Source: a virus (lineage: Duplodnaviria > Heunggongvirae > Uroviricota > Caudoviricetes). Taken from it: 64,000 bases of DNA. The stretch is from the IMG/VR virus record IMGVR_UViG_2718218131_000002. The stretch is one strand, 5' to 3'. Under the pieces are notes generated by a model. That model was given only the letters and a program-made list of their open reading frames with translations, was not told where the DNA came from and ran no database searches. Positions 9,515 through 24,288 of the stretch are shown piece after piece (position 1 is the stretch's first letter; every line of letters begins with the position of its first letter). The position numbers were made by a program, and so were the translations under genes.

Positions 9515-9880
9515 ATGACTGAACGCATAGAATTTGTTTTGCCTTACCCGCCGACGGTGAACACCTACTGGCGACGTCGTGGCAGCACATATTTTGTGTC
9601 AAAAGCCGGTGAGCGTTATCGCCGGGATGTGGCACTTATTGTTCGCCAGCAGTGGCTGAAATTAAACCTGTCCGGAAGGCTGGCGATAAAGATTATTGCA
9701 GAGCCACCGGATAAGCGCCGCCGCGACCTGGACAATATCCTGAAGGCACCACTGGATGCGCTTACGCATGCCGGACTACTTATAGACGACGAGCAGTTTG
9801 ATGAAATCAATATTGTGCGCGGTCAGCTCGTTTCTGGTGGGCGGCTGGGCGTGAAGATTTACAAAATTGAAAGTGAGTGA
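9515..9880 (+). CDS. rusA: Holliday junction resolvase RusA
   Basis: 121 aa; LPYPPTVNTYW N-terminus and D..DNI acidic motif typical of RusA. Confidence 0.85.
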   Translation: MTERIEFVLPYPPTVNTYWRRRGSTYFVSKAGERYRRDVALIVRQQWLKLNLSGRLAIKIIAEPPDKRRRDLDNILKAPLDALTHAGLLIDDEQFDEINIVRGQLVSGGRLGVKIYKIESE

Positions 9881-10443
9881 GCATAAATATGATATACCCG
9901 GAAATTACAGGCAAAAGCGGTGAGCATTTACGCCTGAAAACGCTGGAAAGTGTCTGGATCCAGGGGAAACTGCGTATGTGGGGGCGTTGGTCGTATATTG
10001 GCGACGGTAAGACGGGAAATATGTTCAACCAATTACTGACCTCTAAAAAGCTGACAAAAACGGCAATTAACGAGGCGCTCCGGAGGATGAAAAAAGCGGG
10101 TCTGGACAAACCTGAACTTGAGGCTTTTTTGCGGGATATGATCAACGGCAATCAAAAAAGCTGGCTGGCACATTGTACCGATTCAGAGGCGTTAATAATC
10201 GACAGGGTTATTGGTGAAGTACTGGCAGGTTATCCCGGGCTGCTCAATGTTCTGAGTCAGCGTTATGTGGGGCGGGGGATGACTAAGCGCAAAATGGCTG
10301 AACTGCTGAATGATGCACATCCGGAATGGAGTTTAAGAACCTGTGAAAGACGCATTGAGCATTGGCTAAAGGTGGCAGAATTTATTTTGTACAAACCAAT
10401 GGTTATGGCTTTTGGTATAGAGAAAAAAGTTATTGCTTTTTGA
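9877..10443 (+). CDS. late-gene antiterminator Q-like protein
   Basis: Position between rusA and tR'/lysis region; size and Cys/His pattern fit the Q family. Confidence 0.6.
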   Translation: MSINMIYPEITGKSGEHLRLKTLESVWIQGKLRMWGRWSYIGDGKTGNMFNQLLTSKKLTKTAINEALRRMKKAGLDKPELEAFLRDMINGNQKSWLAHCTDSEALIIDRVIGEVLAGYPGLLNVLSQRYVGRGMTKRKMAELLNDAHPEWSLRTCERRIEHWLKVAEFILYKPMVMAFGIEKKVIAF

Positions 10444-10519
10444 CGTAAAAACTGCTTCAATTCCGGTAAGCTTCGCAAAGCTGTACCGCGAGGCGAATAG
10501 CAGACATGGACATTTGAAA

Positions 10520-10548
10520 GAGCCCGCTTTTTGCGGGTTTTTTTATGA
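10520..10548 (+). terminator. tR'-like rho-independent terminator downstream of Q
   Basis: AGCCCGC-TTTTT-GCGGG hairpin plus T7 run. Confidence 0.55.
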
Positions 10549-11015
10549 CTGAAAAACGGCACGGGGCGTTAAACGCGCTGGTGGTTGCTAATACCGGTCT
10601 TTCAACTTGCTGGCTTTTTCGACAAGAGTTATTGGTATGTCACGTTAACCGGAAAATGGAAAAAGGCATGCTAAAACAGCAGGATATGACCGAAACCGCC
10701 AGAGTGGTGTTTAATGAATTAAGCGTCACCGAACCGGCGACCGCCGGGGAAATTGCGCAGAACACTTATCTTTCACGCGAACGCTGCCAGTTAATACTGA
10801 CCCAGCTTGTTATGGCGGGTCTGGCAGATTATCAGTTCGGTTGTTACAGACGCCTTCCTCAGTGAAGGCTTTTTTATTTGTGGTAATGGGCGGCTGGTGG
10901 GTGTTAGCGGCACCTGCCAGCCATCTGCTCATGCGTTGGGGTCACAAGCAAACCTCAGGCCCATCTGCTTTGCGCAAAAGCGGTATGAGCCTATCAGAGA
11001 AGTGCTTATTGATCT

Positions 11016-12074
11016 ATGGCTAATACTGTAAAAATATCCAGTTGTGAGTTAATCAACGCTGATTGCCTGGAATTTATCCAGACCTTACCGGAAAACTCTG
11101 TCGATCTGATAGTCACAGACCCGCCATACTTTAAAGTGAAGCCCGAGGGCTGGGATAACCAGTGGAAGGGCGACGATGATTACCTGAAGTGGCTGGACCA
11201 GTGTCTGGCGCAGTTCTGGCGGGTGCTGAAACCTGCCGGAAGTCTTTACCTGTTCTGTGGCCATCGCCTGGCATCTGACATTGAAATCATGATGCGTGAA
11301 CGCTTCAATGTGCTGAACCATATTATCTGGGCGAAGCCGTCCGGACGCTGGAACGGGTGCAACAAGGAAAGCCTGCGGGCGTATTTTCCGGCCACAGAAC
11401 GCATTCTGTTCGCGGAACATTATCAGGGGCCGTATCGTCCGAAAGATGATGGCGATGAGGCGAAGGGCAGGGCACTGAAACAGCATGTGATGGCCCCGCT
11501 GATTTCTTACTTTCGTGATGCGCGTGCTGCTCTTGGGATAACGGCAAAACAGATTGCAGATGCCACAGGAAAGAAAAACATGGTGTCGCACTGGTTCAGT
11601 GCCAGTCAGTGGCAGCTACCGAACGAAAGCGATTATCTGAAATTACAGTCGCTGTTTGCCCGGGTGGCAGAAGAGAAACATCAGCGGGGAGAACTGGAAA
11701 AGTCCCATTACCAACTGGTCAGCACATACAGTGAGCTGAACCGGCAGTATATGGAACTGCTGAGTGAATATAAGCATCTGCGGCGGTATTTTGGCGTGAC
11801 GGTGCAGGTGCCGTATACCGATGTGTGGACGCATAAACCGGTGCAGTTCTATCCCGGGAAACATCCGTGCGAAAAACCGGCAGAAATGCTGCAGCAGATA
11901 ATCAGCGCTAGCAGTCGTCCGGGTGACCTGATTGCAGATTTTTTCATGGGGTCGGGTTCGACAGTGAAAGCGGCACTGGCGCTCGGGCGTCGTGCAATTG
12001 GCGTTGAGCTGGAGACTGAACGTTTTGAGCAGACGGTTCGGGAAGTACAGGATTTAGTCAGCCAGAACGGATGA
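11016..12074 (+). CDS. phage DNA N6-adenine methyltransferase (DPPY motif)
   Basis: TDPPYF catalytic motif and C-terminal SAM-binding FMGSGST; typical between Q and tRNAs in stx-type phages. Confidence 0.8.
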   Translation: MANTVKISSCELINADCLEFIQTLPENSVDLIVTDPPYFKVKPEGWDNQWKGDDDYLKWLDQCLAQFWRVLKPAGSLYLFCGHRLASDIEIMMRERFNVLNHIIWAKPSGRWNGCNKESLRAYFPATERILFAEHYQGPYRPKDDGDEAKGRALKQHVMAPLISYFRDARAALGITAKQIADATGKKNMVSHWFSASQWQLPNESDYLKLQSLFARVAEEKHQRGELEKSHYQLVSTYSELNRQYMELLSEYKHLRRYFGVTVQVPYTDVWTHKPVQFYPGKHPCEKPAEMLQQIISASSRPGDLIADFFMGSGSTVKAALALGRRAIGVELETERFEQTVREVQDLVSQNG

Positions 12075-12114
12075 TATTGCAGAATTAATTACGCACCATT
12101 ATTATTCTGCTCCC

Positions 12115-12190
12115 GGCCCTTTAGCTCAGTGGTGAGAGCGAGCGACTCATAATCGCCAGGTCGCTGGTTCAAATCCAGCAAGGGCCACCA
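12115..12190 (+). tRNA. ileZ: tRNA with anticodon CAT (Ile2/Met type, ileZ-like)
   Basis: 76-nt cloverleaf, acceptor GGCCCTT/AAGGGCC, anticodon loop CTCATAA, 3' CCA. Confidence 0.8.
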
Positions 12191-12197
12191 TCACATA

Positions 12198-12274
12198 CCG
12201 CCATTAGCTCATCAGGAAAGAGCGCCAGCCTTCGAAGCTGGTTGCGCGGAGTTCGGGTCCCCGAAGGCGGTCCA
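12198..12274 (+). tRNA. argN: tRNA-Arg (anticodon TCG), argN-like
   Basis: 77-nt cloverleaf, anticodon stem CCAGC/GCTGG, loop CTTCGAA, 3' CCA; one acceptor and one T-stem mismatch. Confidence 0.65.
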
Positions 12275-12287
12275 TTATCTGTATCCT

Positions 12288-12364
12288 GCGTTGTTAGCTC
12301 AGCCGGACAGAGCAATTGCCTTCTAAGCAATCGGTCACTGGTTCGAATCCAGTACAACGCGCCA
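12288..12364 (+). tRNA. argO: tRNA-Arg (anticodon TCT), argO-like
   Basis: 77-nt cloverleaf, T-loop GGTTCGAATCC, anticodon loop CTTCTAA, 3' CCA. Confidence 0.8.
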
Positions 12365-12852
12365 CACTTATTTTCCCTGGCTCGCTTTTGCGGGCTTTTT
12401 TTTAAATGTCTCACAATTCAGGCGGTTGACTGTTGTCTGGTTTGCGGGGAGTTTGTTAAAAGAAACTGGCATGGTGAATCCCCCTGTGCGGAGGGGCAAT
12501 CAGCGAGTAGGTATATGGGATAATCGCGGATTCAGGTGCTGGTACTGAATTCACCGGGAGGCACCCGGCACCATGCAATGGCACATAGCGCCACTCTCCA
12601 GCCCCTCTCCGGAGGGGCTTTCTTATGGACAAAAAAAGCCCGCGCTGGGAGACGCGGGCGGCAAGGAATAAACAACAAAACGTGAAGTAATATTTCAGCT
12701 GGCGAATAATATCCGACAGTAATCACTCTGCGCAATAGCGCGGCCTTTTTCGTATTGCGGGCCGTTGTCTCTCTTCTGCCATTGTCCTGTAACTTCCGGA
12801 CTTCAGCCCGCTCCTCATTTTACTCACAATATTATCCCGGCCGGGAGGATTC

Positions 12853-14706
12853 ATGGCATTTAAACACTATGATGTTGTCAGGGCGGCGTCGCCGTCAGAT
12901 CTTGCGGAAAAGCTGACACATAAACTGAAAGAGGGCTGGCAGCCGTTTGGTAGTCCGGTGGCCATAACCCCTTATACTCTGATGCAGGCGATTACAGCAG
13001 AAGGTGATGTGGTGGTCAGTGGTGCAACTGAGCCGGATTGGTACTACGTCATCGTACTGGCCGGGCAGTCCAATGCCATGGCTTACGGTGAAGGGCTTCC
13101 GCTGCCGGATTCATACGATGCTCCGGATCCGCGCATTAAACAGCTGGCGCGCCGCAGTACAGTGACGCCGGGTGGGGCTGCCTGCAGATATAACGATATT
13201 ATTCCGGCCGACCACTGCCTGCATGATGTGCAGGATATGAGTACGCTGAATCATCCGAAGGCAGACCTGAGCAAAGGGCAGTACGGCTGTGTCGGCCAGG
13301 GCTTACATATTGCCAAAAAACTGCTTCCGTATATCCCGAATAACGCGGGGATCCTGCTGGTACCATGCTGTCGTGGTGGTTCGGCATTCACCCAGGGCGC
13401 GGAGGGGACATTCAGTGCGGACACGGGGGCCAGCCAGGATTCGGCACGCTGGGGTGTGGGTAAACCGTTATATCAGGACCTGATTGCGCGCACTAAAGCT
13501 GCATTACAGAAGAACCCGAAAAATGTGTTGCTGGCGGTGTGCTGGATGCAGGGAGAGTTTGACATGAGCGCCGCCACCTACGCACAGCAACCTGCGCTGT
13601 TTACAGCCATGCTGAAGCAGTTTCGTGCTGACCTCACTGTGTTTAACGCGCAGTGTCATGGTGGCAGTGCTGCAGATGTGCCGTGGATTTGTGGTGACAC
13701 GACGTATTACTGGAAAAATACATACGCTACCCAGTACGACACCGTGTACGGAGGGTATAAAAACAGGGAGAGTGAGGGCGTTTATTTTGTGCCCTTCATG
13801 ACAGACGGTAACGGCGTCAATACCGCCACTAACGCGCCGGCAGAAGATCCGGATATTCCGGCATCAGGATATTACGGTGCGGCATCGAGAACGAATGGAA
13901 ACCAGGTATCATCAAACCGCCCGACACATTTCAGTTCATGGGCGCGCAGGAGCATTATTCCGGATCGTCTGGCAACCGCTATTCTGAACGCAGCCGGGCG
14001 CACCTCAGCCTTCATCAGTGGTAAGGCACCGGAAATCAAACCCTCGCCCGGCGGCAACACGCCATCGGGTCCGTCTGCAGATACGTCCGTTCGCACAATC
14101 TCCCTGCTGCCGGCAGCCGGAGAGGCTGCTGCGCAGGGCTGGAGCATTAAGGATGGCGGAATTCAGTTGTCAGATGGTGTATTTAAGATCACCAAGCAGA
14201 GCAATAAAACCTGGTCCCTGACGCATCCGGTGGATGACGCAATTACCCTGCTGACACAGGGCGGCAGACTGACCTGTAAGTTCCGCCTGTCAGGCGCACT
14301 GACCAACAATCAGTTCGGGCTGGGGATTTATCTGTATACGGATGCTCCCGTTCCTGATGGTGTGGCGATGACGGGTACCGGTAATCCGTTCCTGATGTCG
14401 TACTTCACTCAGACCACTGACGGCAGAGTGAATCTGATGCATCACAGGAAAGCCGGAAACACGAAGCTGGGGGAGTTCGGCGATTACGGTAACGACTGGC
14501 AGACGCTGGAGCTGGTGTTCACCGCCGGCAGTGCCACGGTTACTCCGAAACTGAATGGAGTGGCTGGCCCGGCATTCCAGGTTATAAAAGACAGTCTGAC
14601 ACTGGGACTGAATGCGCTGACGCTGACGGATGTTACAAAAAATGCAGCGTATGGCGTTGAGATAGAAAGTCTGGTGCTGGAGATAAATGCACCGGCATCA
14701 TCATAA
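12853..14706 (+). CDS. prophage sialate O-acetylesterase (NanS-p-like)
   Basis: 617 aa; conserved N-terminus [21 protein letters not shown] and SGNH-type [11 protein letters not shown] motif; sits where stx-phages carry the gene downstream of stx. Confidence 0.7.
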   Translation: MAFKHYDVVRAASPSDLAEKLTHKLKEGWQPFGSPVAITPYTLMQAITAEGDVVVSGATEPDWYYVIVLAGQSNAMAYGEGLPLPDSYDAPDPRIKQLARRSTVTPGGAACRYNDIIPADHCLHDVQDMSTLNHPKADLSKGQYGCVGQGLHIAKKLLPYIPNNAGILLVPCCRGGSAFTQGAEGTFSADTGASQDSARWGVGKPLYQDLIARTKAALQKNPKNVLLAVCWMQGEFDMSAATYAQQPALFTAMLKQFRADLTVFNAQCHGGSAADVPWICGDTTYYWKNTYATQYDTVYGGYKNRESEGVYFVPFMTDGNGVNTATNAPAEDPDIPASGYYGAASRTNGNQVSSNRPTHFSSWARRSIIPDRLATAILNAAGRTSAFISGKAPEIKPSPGGNTPSGPSADTSVRTISLLPAAGEAAAQGWSIKDGGIQLSDGVFKITKQSNKTWSLTHPVDDAITLLTQGGRLTCKFRLSGALTNNQFGLGIYLYTDAPVPDGVAMTGTGNPFLMSYFTQTTDGRVNLMHHRKAGNTKLGEFGDYGNDWQTLELVFTAGSATVTPKLNGVAGPAFQVIKDSLTLGLNALTLTDVTKNAAYGVEIESLVLEINAPASS

Positions 14707-14855
14707 AAAGTGAGCCAGTCAAATGGAAGGTATCGTTAAACTCACCGGTAGTGTCAGTGGGTCGTCTGAGACGCCTGCATGAGTTATCAGAGCCATCAGT
14801 AGTTAACTGGTGGCTTTTTTATTGTTGTCAGCTTCCGGATAACGGGAGACGGGGT

Positions 14856-15071
14856 ATGTACCAGATGGAAAAAATCACAACAGGTGTGTCATACACCACG
14901 TCAGCGGTAGGGACGGGATACTGGTTACTGCAACTGCTGGACAAAGTCTCTCCGTCCCAGTGGGTGGCAATAGGTGTACTGGGGAGTCTGCTGTTTGGCC
15001 TGCTGACGTATCTGACTAACCTGTATTTCAAAATCAGAGAGGACCGTCGTAAGGCGGCACGGGGAGAGTAA
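14856..15071 (+). CDS. S: class II holin (phage 21 S-type pinholin)
   Basis: 71 aa from dual-start MYQMEK; strong similarity to S21 ([36 protein letters not shown]). Confidence 0.8.
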   Translation: MYQMEKITTGVSYTTSAVGTGYWLLQLLDKVSPSQWVAIGVLGSLLFGLLTYLTNLYFKIREDRRKAARGE

Positions 15072-15075
15072 TTCA

Positions 15076-15420
15076 ATGACTCAAAACTATGAACTGATTG
15101 TGAAAGGGATCCGCAATTTTGAGAATAAAGTTACGGTAACTTTAGCGTTACGGGACAAAAAACGCTTTGACGGTGAAATTTTTGACCTGGACATCTCGCT
15201 GGACCGTGTTGAAGGTGCCGCGCTGGAGTTTTATGAGGCAGCAGCCAGAAGGAGCATCAGACAGGTCTTCCTGGATGTTGCTGCCGGGTTATGTGAAGGG
15301 GATGAGCAGTCACCGGAAAAGCGCCCCATAATTTTAGAGGCGCAGGGTGTGTGGATAACCTACAAAGGAAAACTGCCGGGAAGAATTACTGGTTCACTGA
15401 AGACTCCGCCGAAATGGTAA
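15076..15420 (+). CDS. hypothetical protein between holin and endolysin
   Basis: 114-aa ORF. Confidence 0.35.
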   Translation: MTQNYELIVKGIRNFENKVTVTLALRDKKRFDGEIFDLDISLDRVEGAALEFYEAAARRSIRQVFLDVAAGLCEGDEQSPEKRPIILEAQGVWITYKGKLPGRITGSLKTPPKW

Positions 15421-15658
15421 TTTCACCAGCATATTTTTCTTCCAGTAATGCCGCCAGCCACTTGAAAGAATTTTGTTGTTCCTGGGACCATTTGGGGTTG
15501 CGTGACTCAAGCAGAAGCGATGCCAGTGTTGGTTGCATTTGTTCTCTGGGAATTGAGAAGGCCAGATATGAAAATGCAACAGTGAGAGCATTTACATCAT
15601 CCCGAAGCCTGGAAATGCAGTCGAGCAACTCCTGTAGAGAAATGGTGTTATTGTCCAT
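15386..15658 (-). CDS. hypothetical protein, opposite strand within the lysis cassette
   Basis: 90-aa ORF; no motif. Confidence 0.3.
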   Translation of the reverse strand: MDNNTISLQELLDCISRLRDDVNALTVAFSYLAFSIPREQMQPTLASLLLESRNPKWSQEQQNSFKWLAALLEEKYAGEITISAESSVNQ

Positions 15659-15763
15659 AAATAATCCTCATGATTGTATTGACCTGTTAGCAGCCTGAGG
15701 CAACAGGCTGGAACTGATAAACATATCCAGGGGTCCGGAACCGATAAATCCTGATAAATATCC

Positions 15764-16297
15764 ATGAACGCAAAAATCAGATACGGCCTGTCGGCTGCCG
15801 TTCTGGCGCTGATTGGTGCAGGGACGTCTGCGCCTGAAATCCTCGACCAGTTTCTTGACGAAAAAGAAGGTAACCACACCACGGCATACCGTGATGGTGC
15901 GGGGATCTGGACCATCTGCCGCGGTGCCACCCGAGTGGATGGTAAGCCTGTCGTCCCGGGTATGAAGTTATCGAAGGAAAAGTGCGACCAGGTTAACGCC
16001 ATTGAACGTGATAAGGCGCTGGAGTGGGTGGAGCGCAATATTAAAGTACCGCTGACCGAACCCCAGAAGGCGGGTATCGCGTCATTTTGTCCTTATAACA
16101 TTGGCCCCGGTAAGTGTTTCCCGTCTACGTTTTACAGACGGATTAATGCAGGTGATCGAAAAGGTGCCTGCGAAGCGATTCGCTGGTGGATTAAGGACGG
16201 TGGCAGAGACTGCCGTATCCGCTCAAATAATTGCTACGGTCAGGTATCCCGGCGAGACCAGGAAAGTGCACTGGCGTGCTGGGGAATTGACAGATAA
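15764..16297 (+). CDS. R: SAR endolysin (T4-lysozyme fold, R21-like)
   Basis: N-terminal signal-anchor-release hydrophobic segment plus E..D..T catalytic triad context (EGNHTTAYRDGAGIWTICRG). Confidence 0.8.
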   Translation: MNAKIRYGLSAAVLALIGAGTSAPEILDQFLDEKEGNHTTAYRDGAGIWTICRGATRVDGKPVVPGMKLSKEKCDQVNAIERDKALEWVERNIKVPLTEPQKAGIASFCPYNIGPGKCFPSTFYRRINAGDRKGACEAIRWWIKDGGRDCRIRSNNCYGQVSRRDQESALACWGIDR

Positions 16298-16786
16298 GCA
16301 GAATATTTTGCTGAAAAATGACGTTGGCCAACGCGGGCGGATAACACGAAATCCTGCGAACTGGCAAAAACTAAGTGAATAAAAGTAAAACCCCGTTTGT
16401 TGGCCGCAAACGGGGTTTTGTGTTTCTGACCTTGAGTAAGGCAAGGGAGAACATGGGAAAGTATAAACGAATTCTGTTGAGATTGACTATGAAAAACGGC
16501 CTTGAACTGAAAGCGCCTGTAACTGATGACGTCAGCAGAGCGCTGGCTTTTGCTATTAAGTGGGTGGCGGTCGGTATTGCTGTGTCTCCGATGCTGTATG
16601 GGCTGGCAAAACTGGTCATTGCGTTGAAATCGTGAAGAGGATTAAGCATGTCAGACAAGCTCATAACGCTGGCGAAGATCCTCTGTGTAATCGTCGGCAT
16701 TTCATTTTCACTAATGCTGGTTGCTATTTGCTTTTCCACTGCCTGGCGCGTCTTAACTTTGTCATGGCTGGTGGGGTGAGGGGGAT

Positions 16787-17254
16787 ATGAACCGTGTTCT
16801 GTGTGTGGTGATTATTGTCCTGCTGGTAGCCTGTGGTGTGCTTAGTCTGGGGCTGAATCATTACCGCGATAACGCCATTACCTACAAAGCGCAACGCGAT
16901 AAAAAAGCCAGTGAGCTGAAGCTGGCGAACGTGACAATTACTGATATGCAGGTACGCCAGCGTGATGTCGCTGCACTTGATGCCAGATACTCGAGGGAAT
17001 TAGCCGATGCGAGAGCTGAAAATGAAACTCTGCGTGCTGATGTTGCCGCTGGTCGTAAGCGCCTGCGCATCAACGCCAACTGTCCAGGCTCCTTGCGTAA
17101 AGCCCCCATCACCTCCGGCGTGGATAATGCAACCGGTCCCCGACTGGCAGAAGCCGCTGAACGGGATTATTTCATCCTCAGAGAACGGCTGATGGCAATG
17201 CAGAAGCAACTGGAAGGAGCACAGGAATATATCCGTACCCAGTGTATACCGTGA
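16787..17254 (+). CDS. Rz: i-spanin Rz
   Basis: N-terminal TM then coiled coil; conserved lambda Rz stretch YKAQRDK...[22 protein letters not shown]. Confidence 0.75.
   Translation: MNRVLCVVIIVLLVACGVLSLGLNHYRDNAITYKAQRDKKASELKLANVTITDMQVRQRDVAALDARYSRELADARAENETLRADVAAGRKRLRINANCPGSLRKAPITSGVDNATGPRLAEAAERDYFILRERLMAMQKQLEGAQEYIRTQCIP
17007..17192 (+). CDS. Rz1: o-spanin Rz1 lipoprotein, embedded in Rz in the +1 frame
   Basis: Lipobox LVVSAC then Pro-rich sequence. Confidence 0.7.
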   Translation: MRELKMKLCVLMLPLVVSACASTPTVQAPCVKPPSPPAWIMQPVPDWQKPLNGIISSSENG

Positions 17255-17719
17255 TGTTTTGTTATGAAGGTGTTACTGGTAACGTTAAGGTAATTTAACA
17301 AAGAGTCAGTTCCGGACTTTATAGTGTGCTCAGTTCATGGACAAAAACGATTTCTGTGATAAATATTTTGAATATTATTTACAGGTAAATGGAGTGGGGC
17401 GCATGGATAGAAATATTACAATAGAGTATGAAGTATATGCCCGTATTGTATGGGCAGAGAAGGCAAAAACACGGTAATTCCGTGTGTTGCCATGATACCT
17501 GATTGGCAGAATAGTTGTTTGGTTTTGAGTATATAGTCAGCGTTTTTTGTTCAGTAATTGCCCCCTCAAAAAATAATAAAATAAGGTGATTATTTTTGTT
17601 TATTATTTAGTTTTTTTTGTGTGTTATTTTATTGTTTTTGCGTGGTTTGTTTTTTATTGTTATTTCATTAAGGGAAGGTAAATTCAGGATGGCAGTCTGT
17701 AGATAATCGGAGGTCACTT

Positions 17720-18034
17720 ATGCTACATGATCACGTGGCAGAATGTCTGGAGAAAAAAGGACTGTACCGGAGAGCAGCTGAACGATGGGCAAAAGTGATG
17801 GTACAGCTAAGTGATGACCAGAAAAGAAAAGTGGCGGCACAGAAACGAGCAGAGTGTTTGCGTAAGGCGCGCCGGACTCCGGTTTCACCGGTGAACCTGA
17901 CCGAAATAAAACAAGCGGTCAACAGACTACATTCTGAGTTGGGAATGGGATTTGAAGAGCGGCGGGTATTCCGACGATATAAAGGGACAGGAGAACAGAA
18001 TACGTCCGGAAACGCGCGGTCAAAAAAATGCTAA
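17720..18034 (+). CDS. PerC-family transcriptional activator-like protein (tentative)
   Basis: N-terminus MLHDHVAECLEKKGLYRRAAERW resembles PerC/Pch proteins; AT-rich upstream. Confidence 0.4.
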   Translation: MLHDHVAECLEKKGLYRRAAERWAKVMVQLSDDQKRKVAAQKRAECLRKARRTPVSPVNLTEIKQAVNRLHSELGMGFEERRVFRRYKGTGEQNTSGNARSKKC

Positions 18035-18115
18035 AAAATATCTGAGAGCGTTATTGCCTGTTACCATAAGAAAAAGCGACTTTAGTGGTCGCTTTTTGTG
18101 TCATATATAAGTCGT

Positions 18116-18340
18116 TTAAGTAAACCTGTCTGAACAGGTGCTCTGGTCGTGTTTGTCTTTGTTGGGTACAAATTGAGCATGTTTTTCATTAATTAATCTT
18201 CTTCTGCAGGCTTCAATAACCCACGCTGAAAAATTACCTGAACCTTTCTGATCAAGAGCGATGTTAATTTGTTCAATCATTTGGTTAGGAAAGCGGATGT
18301 TGCGGGTTGTTTTTCTGCGGGTTCTGTTCTTCGTTGACAT
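18116..18340 (-). CDS. small YnfO/YlcI-like (DUF3950-type) prophage protein
   Basis: MSTKNRTRRKTTRNIRFPNQMIEQINIALDQKGSGNFSAWVIEACRRRL resembles Qin YnfO. Confidence 0.45.
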   Translation of the reverse strand: MSTKNRTRRKTTRNIRFPNQMIEQINIALDQKGSGNFSAWVIEACRRRLINEKHAQFVPNKDKHDQSTCSDRFT

Positions 18341-18510
18341 GAGGTTGCCCCGTATTCAGTGTCGCTGATTTGTATTGTCTGAAGTTGTTTTTACGTTAAG
18401 TTGATGCAGATCAATTAATACGATACCTGCGTCATAATTAATTATTTGACGTGGTTTGAACCGCCCCGGGAATCCTGGAGACTAAACTCCCTGAGAAAGA
18501 GGTAAACAGG

Positions 18511-18837
18511 ATGACTAAAAATACTCGTTTTTCCCCCGAAGTCCGTCAGAGGGCGATTCGTATGGTTCTGGAAAGTCAGGGCGAATATGACTCACAGTGG
18601 GCGGCAATTTGTTCCATTGCCCCAAAGATTGGCTGTACACCGGAGACTCTGCGTGTCTGGGTACGCCAGCATGAGCGGGATACCGGAGGCGGTGATGGCG
18701 GGCTCACCACCGCTGAACGTCAGCGTCTGAAAGAGCTGGAACGTGAAAATCGTGAACTGCGCCGCAGTAACGATATCCTTCGCCAGGCTTCCGCTTATTT
18801 TGCAAAGGCGGAGTTCGACCGCCTCTGGAAAAAGTGA
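18511..18837 (+). CDS. IS629 OrfA (HTH/leucine-zipper part of transposase)
   Basis: [26 protein letters not shown]... is the characteristic IS629 OrfA. Confidence 0.85.
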   Translation: MTKNTRFSPEVRQRAIRMVLESQGEYDSQWAAICSIAPKIGCTPETLRVWVRQHERDTGGGDGGLTTAERQRLKELERENRELRRSNDILRQASAYFAKAEFDRLWKK

Positions 18838-19724
18838 TGCCACTGCTGGATAAGCTGCGTAAGCTGTACGGGGTCGGACCGGTATGCAGTGAACTACATA
18901 TTGCCCCGTCAACGTATTACCACTGTCAGCAACAGCGACATCATCCTGATAAACGCAGTGCCCGTGCGCAGCGCGATGACTGGCTGAAGAAAGAGATACT
19001 GCGCGTATACGATGGGAATCATCAGGTATACGGTGTGCGTAAAGTCTGGCGTCAGTTGTTACGGGAAGGAATCAGGGTAGCCAGATGTACAGTGGCGCGC
19101 CTCATGGCGGTTATGGGACTTGCCGGTGTTCTCCGGGGTAAAAAGGTCCGCACTACCGTCAGCCGGAAAGCCGTTGCCGCAGGCGACCGCGTAAACCGTC
19201 AGTTTGTGGCAGAACGTCCTGACCAGTTGTGGGTGGCTGATTTTACTTACGTCAGCACATGGCAGGGGGGCGTCTATGTGGCGTTCATCATTGATGTGTT
19301 TGCCGGATACATCGTGGGGTGGCGGGTCTCATCGTCTATGGAAACGACATTCGTGCTGGATGCTCTGGAGCAGGCGTTATGGGCCCGTCGACCGTCCGGC
19401 ACAGTCCATCACAGTGATAAAGGTTCTCAGTATGTATCGCTGGCCTACACACAGCGGCTTAAGGAAGCCGGATTACTGGCATCAACAGGAAGTACTGGTG
19501 ACTCGTATGACAACGCGATGGCGGAGAGCATCAATGGCCTTTACAAAGCGGAGGTAATACACCGTAAGAGCTGGAAAAACCGGACAGAAGTGGAGCTGGC
19601 CACACTCACGTGGGTGGACTGGTATAACAATCGACGATTGCTGGAAAGGCTGGGCCATATCCCACCGGCAGAAGCAGAAAAAGCTTATTATGCTTCCATC
19701 GGAAACGATGATCTGGCAGCCTGA
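18834..19724 (+). CDS. IS629 OrfB (DDE catalytic part; made by -1 frameshift from OrfA)
   Basis: Overlaps OrfA in the -1 frame; IS3-family DDE transposase. Confidence 0.85.
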   Translation: MMPLLDKLRKLYGVGPVCSELHIAPSTYYHCQQQRHHPDKRSARAQRDDWLKKEILRVYDGNHQVYGVRKVWRQLLREGIRVARCTVARLMAVMGLAGVLRGKKVRTTVSRKAVAAGDRVNRQFVAERPDQLWVADFTYVSTWQGGVYVAFIIDVFAGYIVGWRVSSSMETTFVLDALEQALWARRPSGTVHHSDKGSQYVSLAYTQRLKEAGLLASTGSTGDSYDNAMAESINGLYKAEVIHRKSWKNRTEVELATLTWVDWYNNRRLLERLGHIPPAEAEKAYYASIGNDDLAA

Positions 19725-19852
19725 GTTCACAGATAAAACACTCTCCAGGAAACCCGGGGCGGTTCAGTTTGATGGCGTAGATGCACGTTGTGACATGTAG
19801 ATGATAATTATTATCATTTTGCGGGTCCTTTCCGGCGATCCGACAGGTTACG

Positions 19853-19864
19853 GGGCGGCGACCT
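19853..19864 (+). other. prophage cosN (GGGCGGCGACCT) within the cos region
   Basis: Matches the lambda cohesive-end sequence and its flanks; ~180 bp upstream of Nu1. Confidence 0.8.
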
Positions 19865-20041
19865 CGCGGGTTTTCGCTATTTATGAAAATTTTCCGGTTT
19901 AAGGCATTTCCGTTCTTCTTCGTCGTAACTTAATGTTTTTATTTAAAATACCCCCTGAAAAGAAAGGAAACGACAGGTGCTGAAAACGAGCTTTTGGGCC
20001 TCTGTCGTTTCCTTTCTCTGTTTTTGGCCGTGGAATGAACA

Positions 20042-20561
20042 ATGGAAGTCAACAAAAAGCAGCTGGCTGACATTTTCGGTGCGAGTATCCGTACCATTCA
20101 GAACTGGCAGGAACAGGGAATGCCCGTTCTGCGAGGCGGTGGCAAGGGTAATGAGGTGCTTTATGACTCTGCCGCCGTTATAAGATGGTATGCCGAAAGG
20201 GATGCTGAAATTGAGAACGAAAAGCTGCGCCGGGAAGTTGAAGAACTGCGGCAGGCCAGCGAGACAGATCTCCAGCCAGGGACTATTGAGTACGAACGCC
20301 ATCGACTTACGCGTGCGCAGGCCGACGCACAGGAGCTGAAAAATGCCAGAGACTCCGCTGAAGTGGTGGAAACCGCATTCTGTACTTTCGTGCTGTCGCG
20401 GATCGCAGGTGAAATTGCCAGTATTCTCGACGGGATCCCCCTGTCGGTGCAGCGGCGTTTTCCGGAACTGGAAAACCGACATGTTGATTTCCTGAAACGG
20501 GATATCATCAAAGCCATGAACAAAGCAGCCGCGCTGGATGAACTGATACCGGGGTTGCTGA

Positions 20562-20587
<26 letters not shown>
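20042..20587 (+). CDS. nu1: terminase small subunit Nu1
   Basis: 181 aa, essentially lambda Nu1 (MEVNKKQLADIFGASIRTIQNWQEQGMP...). Confidence 0.9.

Positions 20588-24268
<3,681 letters not shown>

Positions 24269-24288
<20 letters not shown>

Larger units (their letters stand above)
18457..19766 (+). mobile_element. IS629 (IS3 family), complete 1310-bp copy
   Basis: Terminal IRs TGAACCGCCCCGGG and CCCGGGGCGGTTCA; 3-bp target duplication GTT at 18454-18456 and 19767-19769. Confidence 0.85.

Noticed and set aside
12365-12852. Possible Shiga-toxin genes between the tRNA cluster and nanS-p
   Set aside because: No ORF of suitable size, signal peptide or A/B-subunit pattern; the interval is non-coding.
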